From an uncultured virus (IMG/VR IMGVR_UViG_3300025071_000009) (lineage: Duplodnaviria > Heunggongvirae > Uroviricota > Caudoviricetes): DNA of 64,000 nt. The stretch lies in the IMG/VR virus record IMGVR_UViG_3300025071_000009; one strand, written 5' to 3'. The notes under the pieces were generated by a model, which was not told where the DNA came from, did not search any database, and saw only the letters and a list, made by a program, of their open reading frames with translations. Within the stretch, counting starts at the first letter, position 1. Every line of letters starts with the position of its first letter. Below, piece by piece: positions 19,565-28,100 of the stretch. A program made the translations under genes and the position numbers.

Positions 19565-21886
19565 TTAGAACAAGAAGAAACTAGATTGTCCATCGGTATA
19601 CATGCTTATCGACGACCTAGGAGACACAATTGTAAGCTGTGATTGGCCATCGATAGTTTGATTATTAGTTGTTTGAATTACTAGATTGTGGACTTGTGCG
19701 TTCGCAAGCTCATCAGTTATGATAAATATTTGTCCATTGATAAGGTTGCTAGCATCAGGCAGTGTAATTATCAGGTTTTGTTGTGATTGGAGACCTACGA
19801 AGTAATCACTTGTTTGGACTTGGTAATCTTGAGTTGCTATGACTCTCGATCTAACCTCTATTCCATGTTGCAAGTTTGGAGATATGACTACGTTCCCATT
19901 TTGATCAAGAGATAGATGCTTGAATGAACTTCCTTCTGGAATGTTTGACAGGTTCAATTGAGGTATGATTACTTTGCCGGAGGATGGTAGGAGAGATAAA
20001 TCCCCAGTTGGTTGCACATGCAAATCTGCATATGTATGACTTGATAGTCCGAAAACAGCATCTGTGTTTGTCAATCTCATTTGAGGATTAGAATCTTTGA
20101 TCTCGACTTTTCTAGAAGCAGAGTTTGTACCCACAGCGATTGAAGACCCAACATTCAACCCTCCACCGATAGATGCTGCATTCGCAACATTAAGTGAAGT
20201 TAGTGTTCCTAAACTTGTTACGTTCGGTTGTGCTGCTGTACTAAGCGTACCTCCAAGGTTTGTGGAGTTTACTGTTGTTGCATCAAGAGTTGGAGTCACA
20301 ATGTTGTCGCTATTGACTGTAGTGTTTCCATTCGTTATGGTGTTCGATGTAATATTTGTAAAGTGACCCAAATGTGAGGACACAGAAACAGAGGAAGAAA
20401 CTTCTCCAATGTTATTAAGAACTATGTCGCCATTAGAGCCTACCACAAGCTCACCAAGAACGTTTGTTGAGTTTGCTATGTCTAGTGTCGTAGAGTTTGT
20501 TGAAAGTGTTGTAGAACTATTCTCGACGTTAATAGAGAGTGTCTTGGTTCCATCTCCAACAGAAAACTGATTTGCGGTTGCTGATACACCAAATTTGGAT
20601 GTTGCATAGTTTCCAACACCAACTGTTCCACTTTGCATGTAGAAGCTGTTGTCAATAACTAAACCATTGGGAGTTGAGATTGTGCTTGCGTTCATTATAA
20701 TTGTGTCGCTGGCTTCATCTCCGAATGTTAAAGTATCAGCTGAGACTACAAAGTCTGTAGTGTGTGCTGTGAGTGTGCCCGACACTATAAGGTTTCCAGT
20801 TATTCTTGCATCTCCGGAGACATCTAGTGCATGTTCTGGCGATGTGGTGTTGATACCTAACTTTTGTGCTGTAGGCATTATTGAGAACGCACCAGTGGAA
20901 TCAGTTGTTAAGTCTGTGTGGTGACGTGTTGGATTAAATAAGACTCCACCGTTTACAATTTGGTCTGCACCAACTGAAGATAGTCTCAACTGTGTACCAG
21001 TTGGGTCATATATTTCGACTTTCTTTTCGGGGTCGTTTGTTCCGAAACCAGATTTGCCGGCTGAGCCTACGAAAAATCTGTTTGTCGCAACAGCTAATCC
21101 TTCATTGATTACTGCGAAATCCATTCCGACTGCATTGGTGCTATTAACATTGCTAAAGTTATTGCTAGCAATTTGCGTTTGACCATTGCTGTTTGATGAG
21201 ATGTTGAATTCTGTTTGCGCAGTTGGAGTTCCCAATATAACATTTCCATTTACATCCACGATACGTCCTGTGAGAATGACGTCACCCAAGGTTGTGTTGG
21301 GGATTACTGCGGTATTAGATGTTAATGCGGATGAGGTTATTTCATTTGCAGACAATGTTTCCATGGCTACATCTTCAAAGAAACCCAATGTTCCGCTAAC
21401 CTCATCAGCTTTTACTTCCAATGCTTGGACATTTCCCGTGACTGAGAGTAATGTACCATCGAATAGAAGATTTGCTTCTGCATTGACGGTGTCTCCACTA
21501 ACTGATGTTACGATTCTATTGTCACCTTGATTAGTGTAATAATTGATCGGCACACCATCAAGGTCTCCACCCCAGCCATAAAAGGCTGATGCCGAAACGT
21601 TCCCTGTAATATTTAGAGAACCAGTAAATTGGTGCAAGTCATCTTCGGTGTCTCCAAAGATTGAAGATCCGGAAACTTCAAAATGAAATACTGTTTTGGT
21701 TTGGTTTTGAATCTCGAAGTTGTGGGCAATGATATTCCCAGACACCATCAAAGCGTTCTCTTCGTCTGACCATAGAAGGTTAGGGTCGTGCTCTAATGCA
21801 GTCGTGATACCAGCAAGTTGAACCGAACCTTTAGGTCCGGAAGCTTGCGTACCAGCAACGTATGCCCATCCAAATTCCTTCGCCAT
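19565..21886 (-). CDS. Fibre/spike-like structural protein
   Basis: FGDTEDDLHQFTGSL, repeated GxGT(N/T)xP...(L/V)(D/E)(I/V) trimeric beta motifs, C-terminal ITLPDA...IITDE...TIDGQ domain. Confidence 0.7.
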   Translation of the reverse strand: MAKEFGWAYVAGTQASGPKGSVQLAGITTALEHDPNLLWSDEENALMVSGNIIAHNFEIQNQTKTVFHFEVSGSSIFGDTEDDLHQFTGSLNITGNVSASAFYGWGGDLDGVPINYYTNQGDNRIVTSVSGDTVNAEANLLFDGTLLSVTGNVQALEVKADEVSGTLGFFEDVAMETLSANEITSSALTSNTAVIPNTTLGDVILTGRIVDVNGNVILGTPTAQTEFNISSNSNGQTQIASNNFSNVNSTNAVGMDFAVINEGLAVATNRFFVGSAGKSGFGTNDPEKKVEIYDPTGTQLRLSSVGADQIVNGGVLFNPTRHHTDLTTDSTGAFSIMPTAQKLGINTTSPEHALDVSGDARITGNLIVSGTLTAHTTDFVVSADTLTFGDEASDTIIMNASTISTPNGLVIDNSFYMQSGTVGVGNYATSKFGVSATANQFSVGDGTKTLSINVENSSTTLSTNSTTLDIANSTNVLGELVVGSNGDIVLNNIGEVSSSVSVSSHLGHFTNITSNTITNGNTTVNSDNIVTPTLDATTVNSTNLGGTLSTAAQPNVTSLGTLTSLNVANAASIGGGLNVGSSIAVGTNSASRKVEIKDSNPQMRLTNTDAVFGLSSHTYADLHVQPTGDLSLLPSSGKVIIPQLNLSNIPEGSSFKHLSLDQNGNVVISPNLQHGIEVRSRVIATQDYQVQTSDYFVGLQSQQNLIITLPDASNLINGQIFIITDELANAQVHNLVIQTTNNQTIDGQSQLTIVSPRSSISMYTDGQSSFFLF

Positions 21887-22932
21887 TACTCATCGATTCC
21901 CGGTCCAGTTAATTCATACATTCTTTCAGCTGGGATTGCAGTGAGTCCAGCGCAAATACTAACATCCGCATCGGCAGTAGATCTTAGAAAGATTTGCTTT
22001 GCTTTGCAGTTTAACGTTATTTCTTGTTGATCAACAAGAGTAATTTTGTGATGTGAAAGTGCGTTGTCTAATTGATAGCCGTCTTCAAAAAGTAAAGCCC
22101 CAGAGTTAAGCACAAGGTTGTTAGAGGATACTCTATCAAATATTGTTGTTGTAGTATCTGCCGTAGTGAAGAAAGTTTTATAATTATTGTCTTCGAAAGC
22201 CCACCAAGAAGTTAGATCCGGAATAATGCTTGAGTTGTCCGGTGATGTTTTGTATGATCCATTATACACTTTTGCAATTTCACTTTCGGTCAGTGCACGG
22301 TTAAACAAGTATATGTTTGAATATGAGCCATCGTTATTGGATGATGTCGATCCCAAAGATAGACTATCAAAGTCGCCACCAATCGTTTGAGTATTAACTG
22401 TTTCTGTTAGCAATTGTCCATTTAAATAAATTTTTGAATCGCCGCTTTTAACTACAAATATCATATTAAACCATTCATCTACAACAAGAGGACTTGTTGT
22501 TGTGGTTTGAGTTTGTGTTCCTCCGCTGGATACAACAGTTCTAATTTCATCTACAAGTCTAGTTTGCACCCTGATGTCCACGCCTGTTCCAGTAAAATTA
22601 GCGATTCTTACATCGCCAGGAGTTGGATTAGCCAGAACATCAAACTTCACCCACATGGACAAGGTTACTTCTCGCGTGGCTATTATTGATGTAGACAAGT
22701 ATTCATTTACATTGGGCATGTTCGCAGACCGTCTTGGCTCACAGAAAACGATATCTATGTTACCAGACTTAGTTCCATTAACGTCATTCATTACTTTGAT
22801 GTAATCAGTAACATTTGGAAATTCATAAAACTTACTCTCGACACCAGTAAACTCATGATTCTTCATCCATGGTCGACCAGATACTTGATATGACCCCATG
22901 TTGTTGAGACCTGTTGTGTAATTAAAACTCAT
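21886..22932 (-). CDS. Structural protein; paralog of 22932..23360 with an inserted LamG-like domain
   Basis: Shares GL..xGxYQVSGxP N-terminus and CKxxxIF...AxLTxIPxxRM C-terminus with its neighbour. The middle has TLSMWVK, EWFNM, IYLNGQ and FNRALT. Confidence 0.7.
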   Translation of the reverse strand: MSFNYTTGLNNMGSYQVSGRPWMKNHEFTGVESKFYEFPNVTDYIKVMNDVNGTKSGNIDIVFCEPRRSANMPNVNEYLSTSIIATREVTLSMWVKFDVLANPTPGDVRIANFTGTGVDIRVQTRLVDEIRTVVSSGGTQTQTTTTSPLVVDEWFNMIFVVKSGDSKIYLNGQLLTETVNTQTIGGDFDSLSLGSTSSNNDGSYSNIYLFNRALTESEIAKVYNGSYKTSPDNSSIIPDLTSWWAFEDNNYKTFFTTADTTTTIFDRVSSNNLVLNSGALLFEDGYQLDNALSHHKITLVDQQEITLNCKAKQIFLRSTADADVSICAGLTAIPAERMYELTGPGIDE

Positions 22933-23360
22933 TAGGTTGCCACCCCTTCTACATTGTCTAGACTAAACATTCTGTCATTGGGGATTGTAGTAAGTTCTGC
23001 GTATATTTGAACGTCTTGTACGGCTTGTGTCGCTGTAGCATTGTTTGTGCTTGAGATAAAAATCTCTTTACACTTCACGTCAAATGTTTGTGAGCCACTC
23101 GATGCGATTGTAACAAAATTATCTTTGTTATCAGCACCTTTGACGTAGTCATGTTGACCAGCAGTATAAGGTGCAAAATGAACACGAATAGAGTGCGCAT
23201 AGTTTGATTTAACCGTTATTGATTTAGAAACAGATGGAAATTGAAACCTTAATGAGGAAGTTTGGTCACCCGGCATATTAGAGCCGCTAAGATATGGGAC
23301 TCCACTTACTTGGTATGCACCGACGTGGCTTAATCCAGCTGTGTAAAAATTTGAACTCAT
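22932..23360 (-). CDS. Small structural (decoration-like) protein
   Basis: 142 aa, beta-rich. Preceded by SD GGAGAG and ACTATTTA (23384-23391). Confidence 0.6.
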   Translation of the reverse strand: MSSNFYTAGLSHVGAYQVSGVPYLSGSNMPGDQTSSLRFQFPSVSKSITVKSNYAHSIRVHFAPYTAGQHDYVKGADNKDNFVTIASSGSQTFDVKCKEIFISSTNNATATQAVQDVQIYAELTTIPNDRMFSLDNVEGVAT

Positions 23361-23390
23361 AAATCTCTCCTCTCTTTTAGGACTAAATAG

Positions 23391-23585
23391 TTAATCCTTG
23401 TTCTTCTTGATCCGTGATCTCCATTTTTTACGTGCGAGTCTCTTTTTCTCAGAGTCAGAAGTAAAATGTCTGTGATCTCGGACTTCTTGAATGATTCCAA
23501 GTTTCTTGCACTTTTTGGTAAATCGTTTGATGAATTTTTCCATCGTCTCGCCTTTGCGAGGTTTCATTTTGTAATTGGTAGCCAT
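23391..23585 (-). CDS. rpsU: Phage-encoded ribosomal protein bS21
   Basis: MATNYKMKPRKGETMEKFIKRFTKKCKKLGIIQEVRDHRHFTSDSEKKRLARKKW fits the bS21 pattern (E..E..L/IKRF.K.....G...E.R....F...SE.KR). TAATG overlap with the upstream gene. Confidence 0.85.
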   Translation of the reverse strand: MATNYKMKPRKGETMEKFIKRFTKKCKKLGIIQEVRDHRHFTSDSEKKRLARKKWRSRIKKNKD

Positions 23586-24010
23586 TATTTTCCCTTTGCT
23601 AATTTTGACCAAATAGCTGAAGACATTCCGAAAGCTGAGATATCAACGCCGGGATCATTTGGTGCAACACCCTCAAGGGCTTTTGAACCATGACCTCCGG
23701 AAGATTTGCCTGCTGCTTGTTGACTCAAAGGCTTTGTACCTTCAAACAAGTCCACACCATTGTATGCATCGGACCCGATTGAGTCAATCATTCTTCGTCG
23801 GTGTTCTTTCAGTTTTCTTTGCTGTGCTTCTTGATCTATTTGTGGTTTTTGATAAGTGGGTTGAGTTCGGGTTTCGACAATACGTTGACCACCTGTTCCC
23901 TTGACAACCTCTGAAATGATTCCAGAGAGAACTCCTTCTTCAAAAATTACCTCTTTGATACACTCTTTGATGAGTGGCTTTAAGGTTTTTCTTAATTGTT
24001 CTTTGTTCAT
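23585..24010 (-). CDS. Head-associated hypothetical protein
   Basis: Abuts the protease gene. Its N-terminus MNKEQLRKTLKPLIKECIKEVIFEE resembles the repeated leader motif. Confidence 0.6.
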   Translation of the reverse strand: MNKEQLRKTLKPLIKECIKEVIFEEGVLSGIISEVVKGTGGQRIVETRTQPTYQKPQIDQEAQQRKLKEHRRRMIDSIGSDAYNGVDLFEGTKPLSQQAAGKSSGGHGSKALEGVAPNDPGVDISAFGMSSAIWSKLAKGK

Positions 24011-24634
24011 TTAATCTCCAAGAATCTTTTTAAATAGATTGTCAATATTGTTTTCTTTTTGTTCTCGCAACTTTGTCGAGAATCTAGTTGGCTTTCTAGA
24101 GCTTTCGCCCGGATAAACATAGGCATCTGGGGTTGATGGTTCGGACACGATATCAAAGCAAATTAGTTGGAAGTCTTCTTCTACAACTGTTGTTCCCATA
24201 GATTCTCGAACAGATCCAAGTCCACGAGATGAAATCCCAAGCTTAACACCAGCATTGATGAGGTCCTTTAGGATTCTACCGCTAGGAGTGTCTAAGACCT
24301 TGATCTTGCCCATTACGTCCTTGCCTTCCCACCAACAGTCTGTGACCATGTGAGAAACGTTCTTAAGGTTAATTACGGAGTCATCAGGGTGATCTAATTC
24401 ACCACACGCTCTGTTGTCTTTAACGATAGCCATGTAATTATCCATCTCTCTCTTGAGAACTTTGTGTGGATACTTACGACCGTTTCCATTCTTTTTGTCC
24501 GCAGTCTGAATCCGACCAGTCAAGTAGACCGCGCCATCTTCAACAACTTCTCTCTTTTCTCTTTCAGTTAAGAGATCAAGGCACCTTCCATCCGGACAAA
24601 GCGCATGGAACTCTCTTAGTAATTGTTTAGACAT
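24011..24634 (-). CDS. gp21: Prohead core protease, T4 gp21-like
   Basis: NGNGRKYP, GELDHP (catalytic His), GISSRGLGS (catalytic Ser), FDIVSEPS. Start MSKQLLRE at 24634. Confidence 0.95.
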   Translation of the reverse strand: MSKQLLREFHALCPDGRCLDLLTEREKREVVEDGAVYLTGRIQTADKKNGNGRKYPHKVLKREMDNYMAIVKDNRACGELDHPDDSVINLKNVSHMVTDCWWEGKDVMGKIKVLDTPSGRILKDLINAGVKLGISSRGLGSVRESMGTTVVEEDFQLICFDIVSEPSTPDAYVYPGESSRKPTRFSTKLREQKENNIDNLFKKILGD

Positions 24635-24650
24635 TCTTCTCTCCATTAAT

Positions 24651-24706
24651 AAAAAAGGTGGGCAGAGCTTAGCTCCACCCTTAGCAGGCGTTACCTGCCC
24701 GAGCTA
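24651..24706 (-). promoter_or_regulatory. Attenuator-like alternative hairpins with U6 tract
   Basis: Terminator-like AAGGGTGG/CCACCTTT with inner GAGC/GCTC followed by T6. Competing pairings TAGCTC/GAGCTA and GGGCAG/CTGCCC, plus hairpin GCAGG-TAACG-CCTGC. Confidence 0.55.
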
Positions 24707-24763
24707 CGATCCGCTGCAACAGCGACGGACGGGTTGTAAAACCCAGCGCTTAATCATCGACAT
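24704..24763 (-). CDS. Unannotated 19-aa peptide MSMIKRWVLQPVRRCCSGS
   Basis: Near-perfect SD AGGAGGTGAT directly before the ATG at 24763. TAG at 24704-24706. Same frame as the downstream protease. Confidence 0.65.
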   Translation of the reverse strand: MSMIKRWVLQPVRRCCSGS

Positions 24764-25079
24764 AATCACCTCCTGATCTCGACGATAGCCTTAGTCCAAA
24801 ATCATCGACTAAGACCGAAATTAAATAAGATGTACCAGCTGAAACGCAGCCAAGAACAAATGCATTCCCGAAAGAATACTCGAAACTAAATAGTTCAGTA
24901 AATGGGGAAAGGAGCATTAAAAACCAACCTACATGAAAGCCTACACACAATGGACAGTTCCACAGAGTGTTCCACTTCTTTGTATAATCCTTCTTGGGGC
25001 GGATGTCTTCGAAGATTTTACCATGCACAATCATGAAAGTCATACCGTATGCTGCTAAAATAAAATTTAAAAGTTCCAA
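24750..25079 (-). CDS. Small membrane protein with CxxC (DUF1360-like pattern)
   Basis: Three hydrophobic segments and LWNCPLCVGFHVGW. Confidence 0.65.
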   Translation of the reverse strand: MELLNFILAAYGMTFMIVHGKIFEDIRPKKDYTKKWNTLWNCPLCVGFHVGWFLMLLSPFTELFSFEYSFGNAFVLGCVSAGTSYLISVLVDDFGLRLSSRSGGDYVDD

Positions 25080-25094
25080 GTGAGCCTCTTGTAG

Positions 25095-25829
25095 TCAATC
25101 GTCGTATTCATCTGTAAAGCTCTTGAAGGCGGCTTGGTCTAAAAACTTATTAAACTCTCTCTCGCTCATGAATCCAGAGTCAATTACTTCATCAAGGAAT
25201 TCCATATGGTTCCCTTCATACATCGCCATCGACTGCTCATAAACTTGTGGGTTCTTGTGATCGAAACTAAAGTCGGTAGCATTGTCCGCATCATCCACTA
25301 GCACATCACAGTCATCGGCTGGATCGGGTGTTGTATTATCATAGTCAAAAGTATCGTTACCAGCAGGAGTCGTTACCTTATCAAACGTTTGAGTATTCTT
25401 CTCGAATGAATCCCACTTGATAACGGCGTCTTTTTTTGATCCCGAGTCCTTGTCCGATGTAAGACCAGCGTTATCATTCTTCGCTACATAAAATGCAAAC
25501 CCATAAAGGAGGGTTCCGTAGCCAACGTTTCTGTACTTCTCCGCTGTGTGAATGGCTTCCACGTGCCAAGATGGATTCTTCCCATCTGCCGTCAGGCATG
25601 GTCCACTACTTTTAAGACTTGAAATGTTTACTTGTCCTATTATTTCCAACCCAGCAATCTTCTCTGCTGCCTCTGTTCCAGGTCCTGGAGTATAGAGTGT
25701 GAACTCTGCATCGCTTTTGGGGCTGATCTCTGCTCTCAAGCAGACAACTTCATCACTTAGGCGGATGCCTCTCTTCTTTTCTTCTTTGAGAAAGCGTCTC
25801 CAGTTTTCCATTATAAGCTTTTGATTCAT
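25095..25829 (-). CDS. GNAT-like acetyltransferase with helical N-terminal leader
   Basis: VEAIHTAEKYRNVGYGTLLY matches GNAT motif A (R/QxxGxG). Start MNQKLIMENWRRFLKEE via ATGA overlap. Confidence 0.6.
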   Translation of the reverse strand: MNQKLIMENWRRFLKEEKKRGIRLSDEVVCLRAEISPKSDAEFTLYTPGPGTEAAEKIAGLEIIGQVNISSLKSSGPCLTADGKNPSWHVEAIHTAEKYRNVGYGTLLYGFAFYVAKNDNAGLTSDKDSGSKKDAVIKWDSFEKNTQTFDKVTTPAGNDTFDYDNTTPDPADDCDVLVDDADNATDFSFDHKNPQVYEQSMAMYEGNHMEFLDEVIDSGFMSEREFNKFLDQAAFKSFTDEYDD

Positions 25830-26176
25830 AAATTCCACCAGCAGTATCGTTTTCTATTTTCAAGATAGTTTTCGTCTTCGTCATTTTGGTAAGCTTCTTT
25901 TTCAAATGGAATGTTGAAATAAGCTGCGTCTCCGGCTTGACCTTTTAACAAATTCCAAGCCCACCAACCAAGATAGAGTATTGGGAAACCGATGAATCCG
26001 AGTTCGATGTATTGTTGATAGTGAATTGTTTCGTGTCTTTTTGTCGTCTCGGACATTTCATCACGAGATATAACAATCGGGCCCAAGGTAATTGCACCGA
26101 TGTTGATTGGTGCTACGTAAGACAACCAGACGGGTATCTTGCTATTCTCAATAAATAAAGGCTTTAAGTGTTTCAT
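25826..26176 (-). CDS. Small HExxH (zincin-like) protein
   Basis: AITLGP...RHETIHYQQY...IPFEKEAY. Confidence 0.65.
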   Translation of the reverse strand: MKHLKPLFIENSKIPVWLSYVAPINIGAITLGPIVISRDEMSETTKRHETIHYQQYIELGFIGFPILYLGWWAWNLLKGQAGDAAYFNIPFEKEAYQNDEDENYLENRKRYCWWNL

Positions 26177-26754
26177 CAGTATGCATATCTACCATACATG
26201 TATGGCGCAAAAAGAGTTGATTGGTTAATTGAGCCTTTTTCTTCAGCTGCTGGTACTTCTCCAAGCTCTGTTGAATATTCTCCATCTGGTTCAAGCAGAT
26301 GGTCATCTTGCATGTCGTCATACCCAGTTCTTCCAGCAATCATTGGCTCTTCACCTTCCATCCACTCGGCTATCTTAAGTAGTGTGATCTCTATGACCTT
26401 ATTGCCTTCTTGTAGTTTACCCTCAAGTGAGCCATATATATTGCCGCCTTGTATTGAATCAATTTCGATCAACCCATTCTTCCTTAAGTATTCGAATAAC
26501 CTTGCTTCTGCGCCATAGACAAGGTCGGACAAAGTTTCTTTCGCAAAAGCTACAACTTTCTTATCAGATTGTTTGATTACAATATCGATATCTTTATGGT
26601 CCATGATCATCAAATCACCATTGATGGAGGATCGAAGTTTTAATTTTGCTTCAACTGTGTCTTTCTCGACGACCTTAATTGTAAGCCCATCATCCGGAGT
26701 ATCTATTGGAAGTGGTGTCTCTTCATTATCCACTACATTAATACTAACTGACAT
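26176..26754 (-). CDS. Hypothetical protein (head module)
   Basis: 192-aa acidic ORF coupled to its neighbours. Confidence 0.7.
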   Translation of the reverse strand: MSVSINVVDNEETPLPIDTPDDGLTIKVVEKDTVEAKLKLRSSINGDLMIMDHKDIDIVIKQSDKKVVAFAKETLSDLVYGAEARLFEYLRKNGLIEIDSIQGGNIYGSLEGKLQEGNKVIEITLLKIAEWMEGEEPMIAGRTGYDDMQDDHLLEPDGEYSTELGEVPAAEEKGSINQSTLFAPYMYGRYAY

Positions 26755-27559
26755 TGCGATCTACCTCCGCTAGAAGATCTTGAATATAAAATACTTCTTC
26801 AATAATCTTTGAACTTAAAGGGGTTTTCGAATAACTATCGAGCTTTGCTCTAACTTTCTTAAAATTTTCACTTATAGGAGATGTATTCTCCTCTACAATG
26901 TGGGCAGATACAGCTTCTTTGAGTCGTCCAATTTCATCATTCAAATAAGATTTTAAACCCAAGCCATTATCGGAAAATGATACAATGAAGTTGCTTAGCA
27001 GTTCTTTCTGCTCTTTTAAGAGGCTGTGTTGATATGTGTTGTTAAATCTCTTGACAAACATTTTGAATTCAAGTTGGTCAACCGGTTTCATTTCTGTCTG
27101 GTTTTCGTCCAATCTGGTAAGAAAGTTTACTACTTTGTCTTCAAGCATGATCCTCTTTTTCGCTCCAAGGTTTGAGTTCTGAAAGTATAATCCAATCGTT
27201 GCTATGTCTTTGTAGTTTGGAACAAAGTTTGAAAAAACTTTATTACCCAGAGCTTTGTTGATCTTGTTAATCAATGCCGTTTGCTCGTTGAAAATTTCTT
27301 TCCTATCTAAGTCACTAAAGTCTTTTTTGGTTTCAACCATAAGTCGCTTTGAAAAGTCTTGATTGAGTTCTCTACTCTCCAAGAGAGATTTGTATACACC
27401 AAGCTCTTTCGAAAGAAGCTTTCCTTTGGTATAGAACTCTCTTAAGAGACCTTTGACTTTTGATTGTCTTTGAATGTCTTCTTTTAAAATTGCTTTTGTT
27501 AATTCACGAATCAGGCATTCGTAAAGAAAAGCGGTATTTCTTTTCTTATTGTGTTTCAT
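26744..27559 (-). CDS. Helical protein downstream of portal (putative prohead core component)
   Basis: Start MKHNKKRNTAFLYECL at 27559 with SD AAGGA. All-helical with many L/I-x-E sites. Confidence 0.65.
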   Translation of the reverse strand: MKHNKKRNTAFLYECLIRELTKAILKEDIQRQSKVKGLLREFYTKGKLLSKELGVYKSLLESRELNQDFSKRLMVETKKDFSDLDRKEIFNEQTALINKINKALGNKVFSNFVPNYKDIATIGLYFQNSNLGAKKRIMLEDKVVNFLTRLDENQTEMKPVDQLEFKMFVKRFNNTYQHSLLKEQKELLSNFIVSFSDNGLGLKSYLNDEIGRLKEAVSAHIVEENTSPISENFKKVRAKLDSYSKTPLSSKIIEEVFYIQDLLAEVDRNVS

Positions 27560-27569
27560 GTTTATATCC

Positions 27570-28100
27570 TTATTTATCATATCTTGAAAGAACCGGTTGG
27601 TAATTTCCAAGTAATCTCATTATTGTTCTATCAATTCGGAGATAAGTCACACGTTTGCCTATTTTCGCAGTTACTGCTGTAGGGCTACCTGCTTTATCTA
27701 AGACTCTCTTAACAGCATTTATTTTCATCAATTCAGGAACCAACTCTATCACCCTAGAAAAGATCGAAGTCCCAGTAGAGTCTGGGTCGTAAAAATCGTT
27801 TAAGTTTGTTGAGTCTTGGAGTTTTTCCATCTCTTTAACAGCGGTCATAAGTTTGACTTCATCACTCATTGGCTTACTAGTAGGGTACTCACGACCAACC
27901 AAAGTTTGGCCCATCACTTCGACACCACCGGGCCCAAGTGCAGCGAATACATCGTCAGGATCTTTGCCCATGTCTCTAATGTATTGTTTAAATTCGTCTT
28001 CTTTATCTTTTGAAAATTGGCGTAACAATTTAGATTCGTCCAAAACAGCTTCGAGCTCTTCTTTGATAATTTGCTTAAGTGCTTCTTTGTTAAGTTTCAT
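27570..28100 (-). CDS. Leader-motif cassette protein 1 (MKLNKEALKQIIKEE)
   Basis: Shared 22-aa leader followed by a unique domain. Start overlaps the portal 3' end. Confidence 0.75.
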   Translation of the reverse strand: MKLNKEALKQIIKEELEAVLDESKLLRQFSKDKEDEFKQYIRDMGKDPDDVFAALGPGGVEVMGQTLVGREYPTSKPMSDEVKLMTAVKEMEKLQDSTNLNDFYDPDSTGTSIFSRVIELVPELMKINAVKRVLDKAGSPTAVTAKIGKRVTYLRIDRTIMRLLGNYQPVLSRYDK

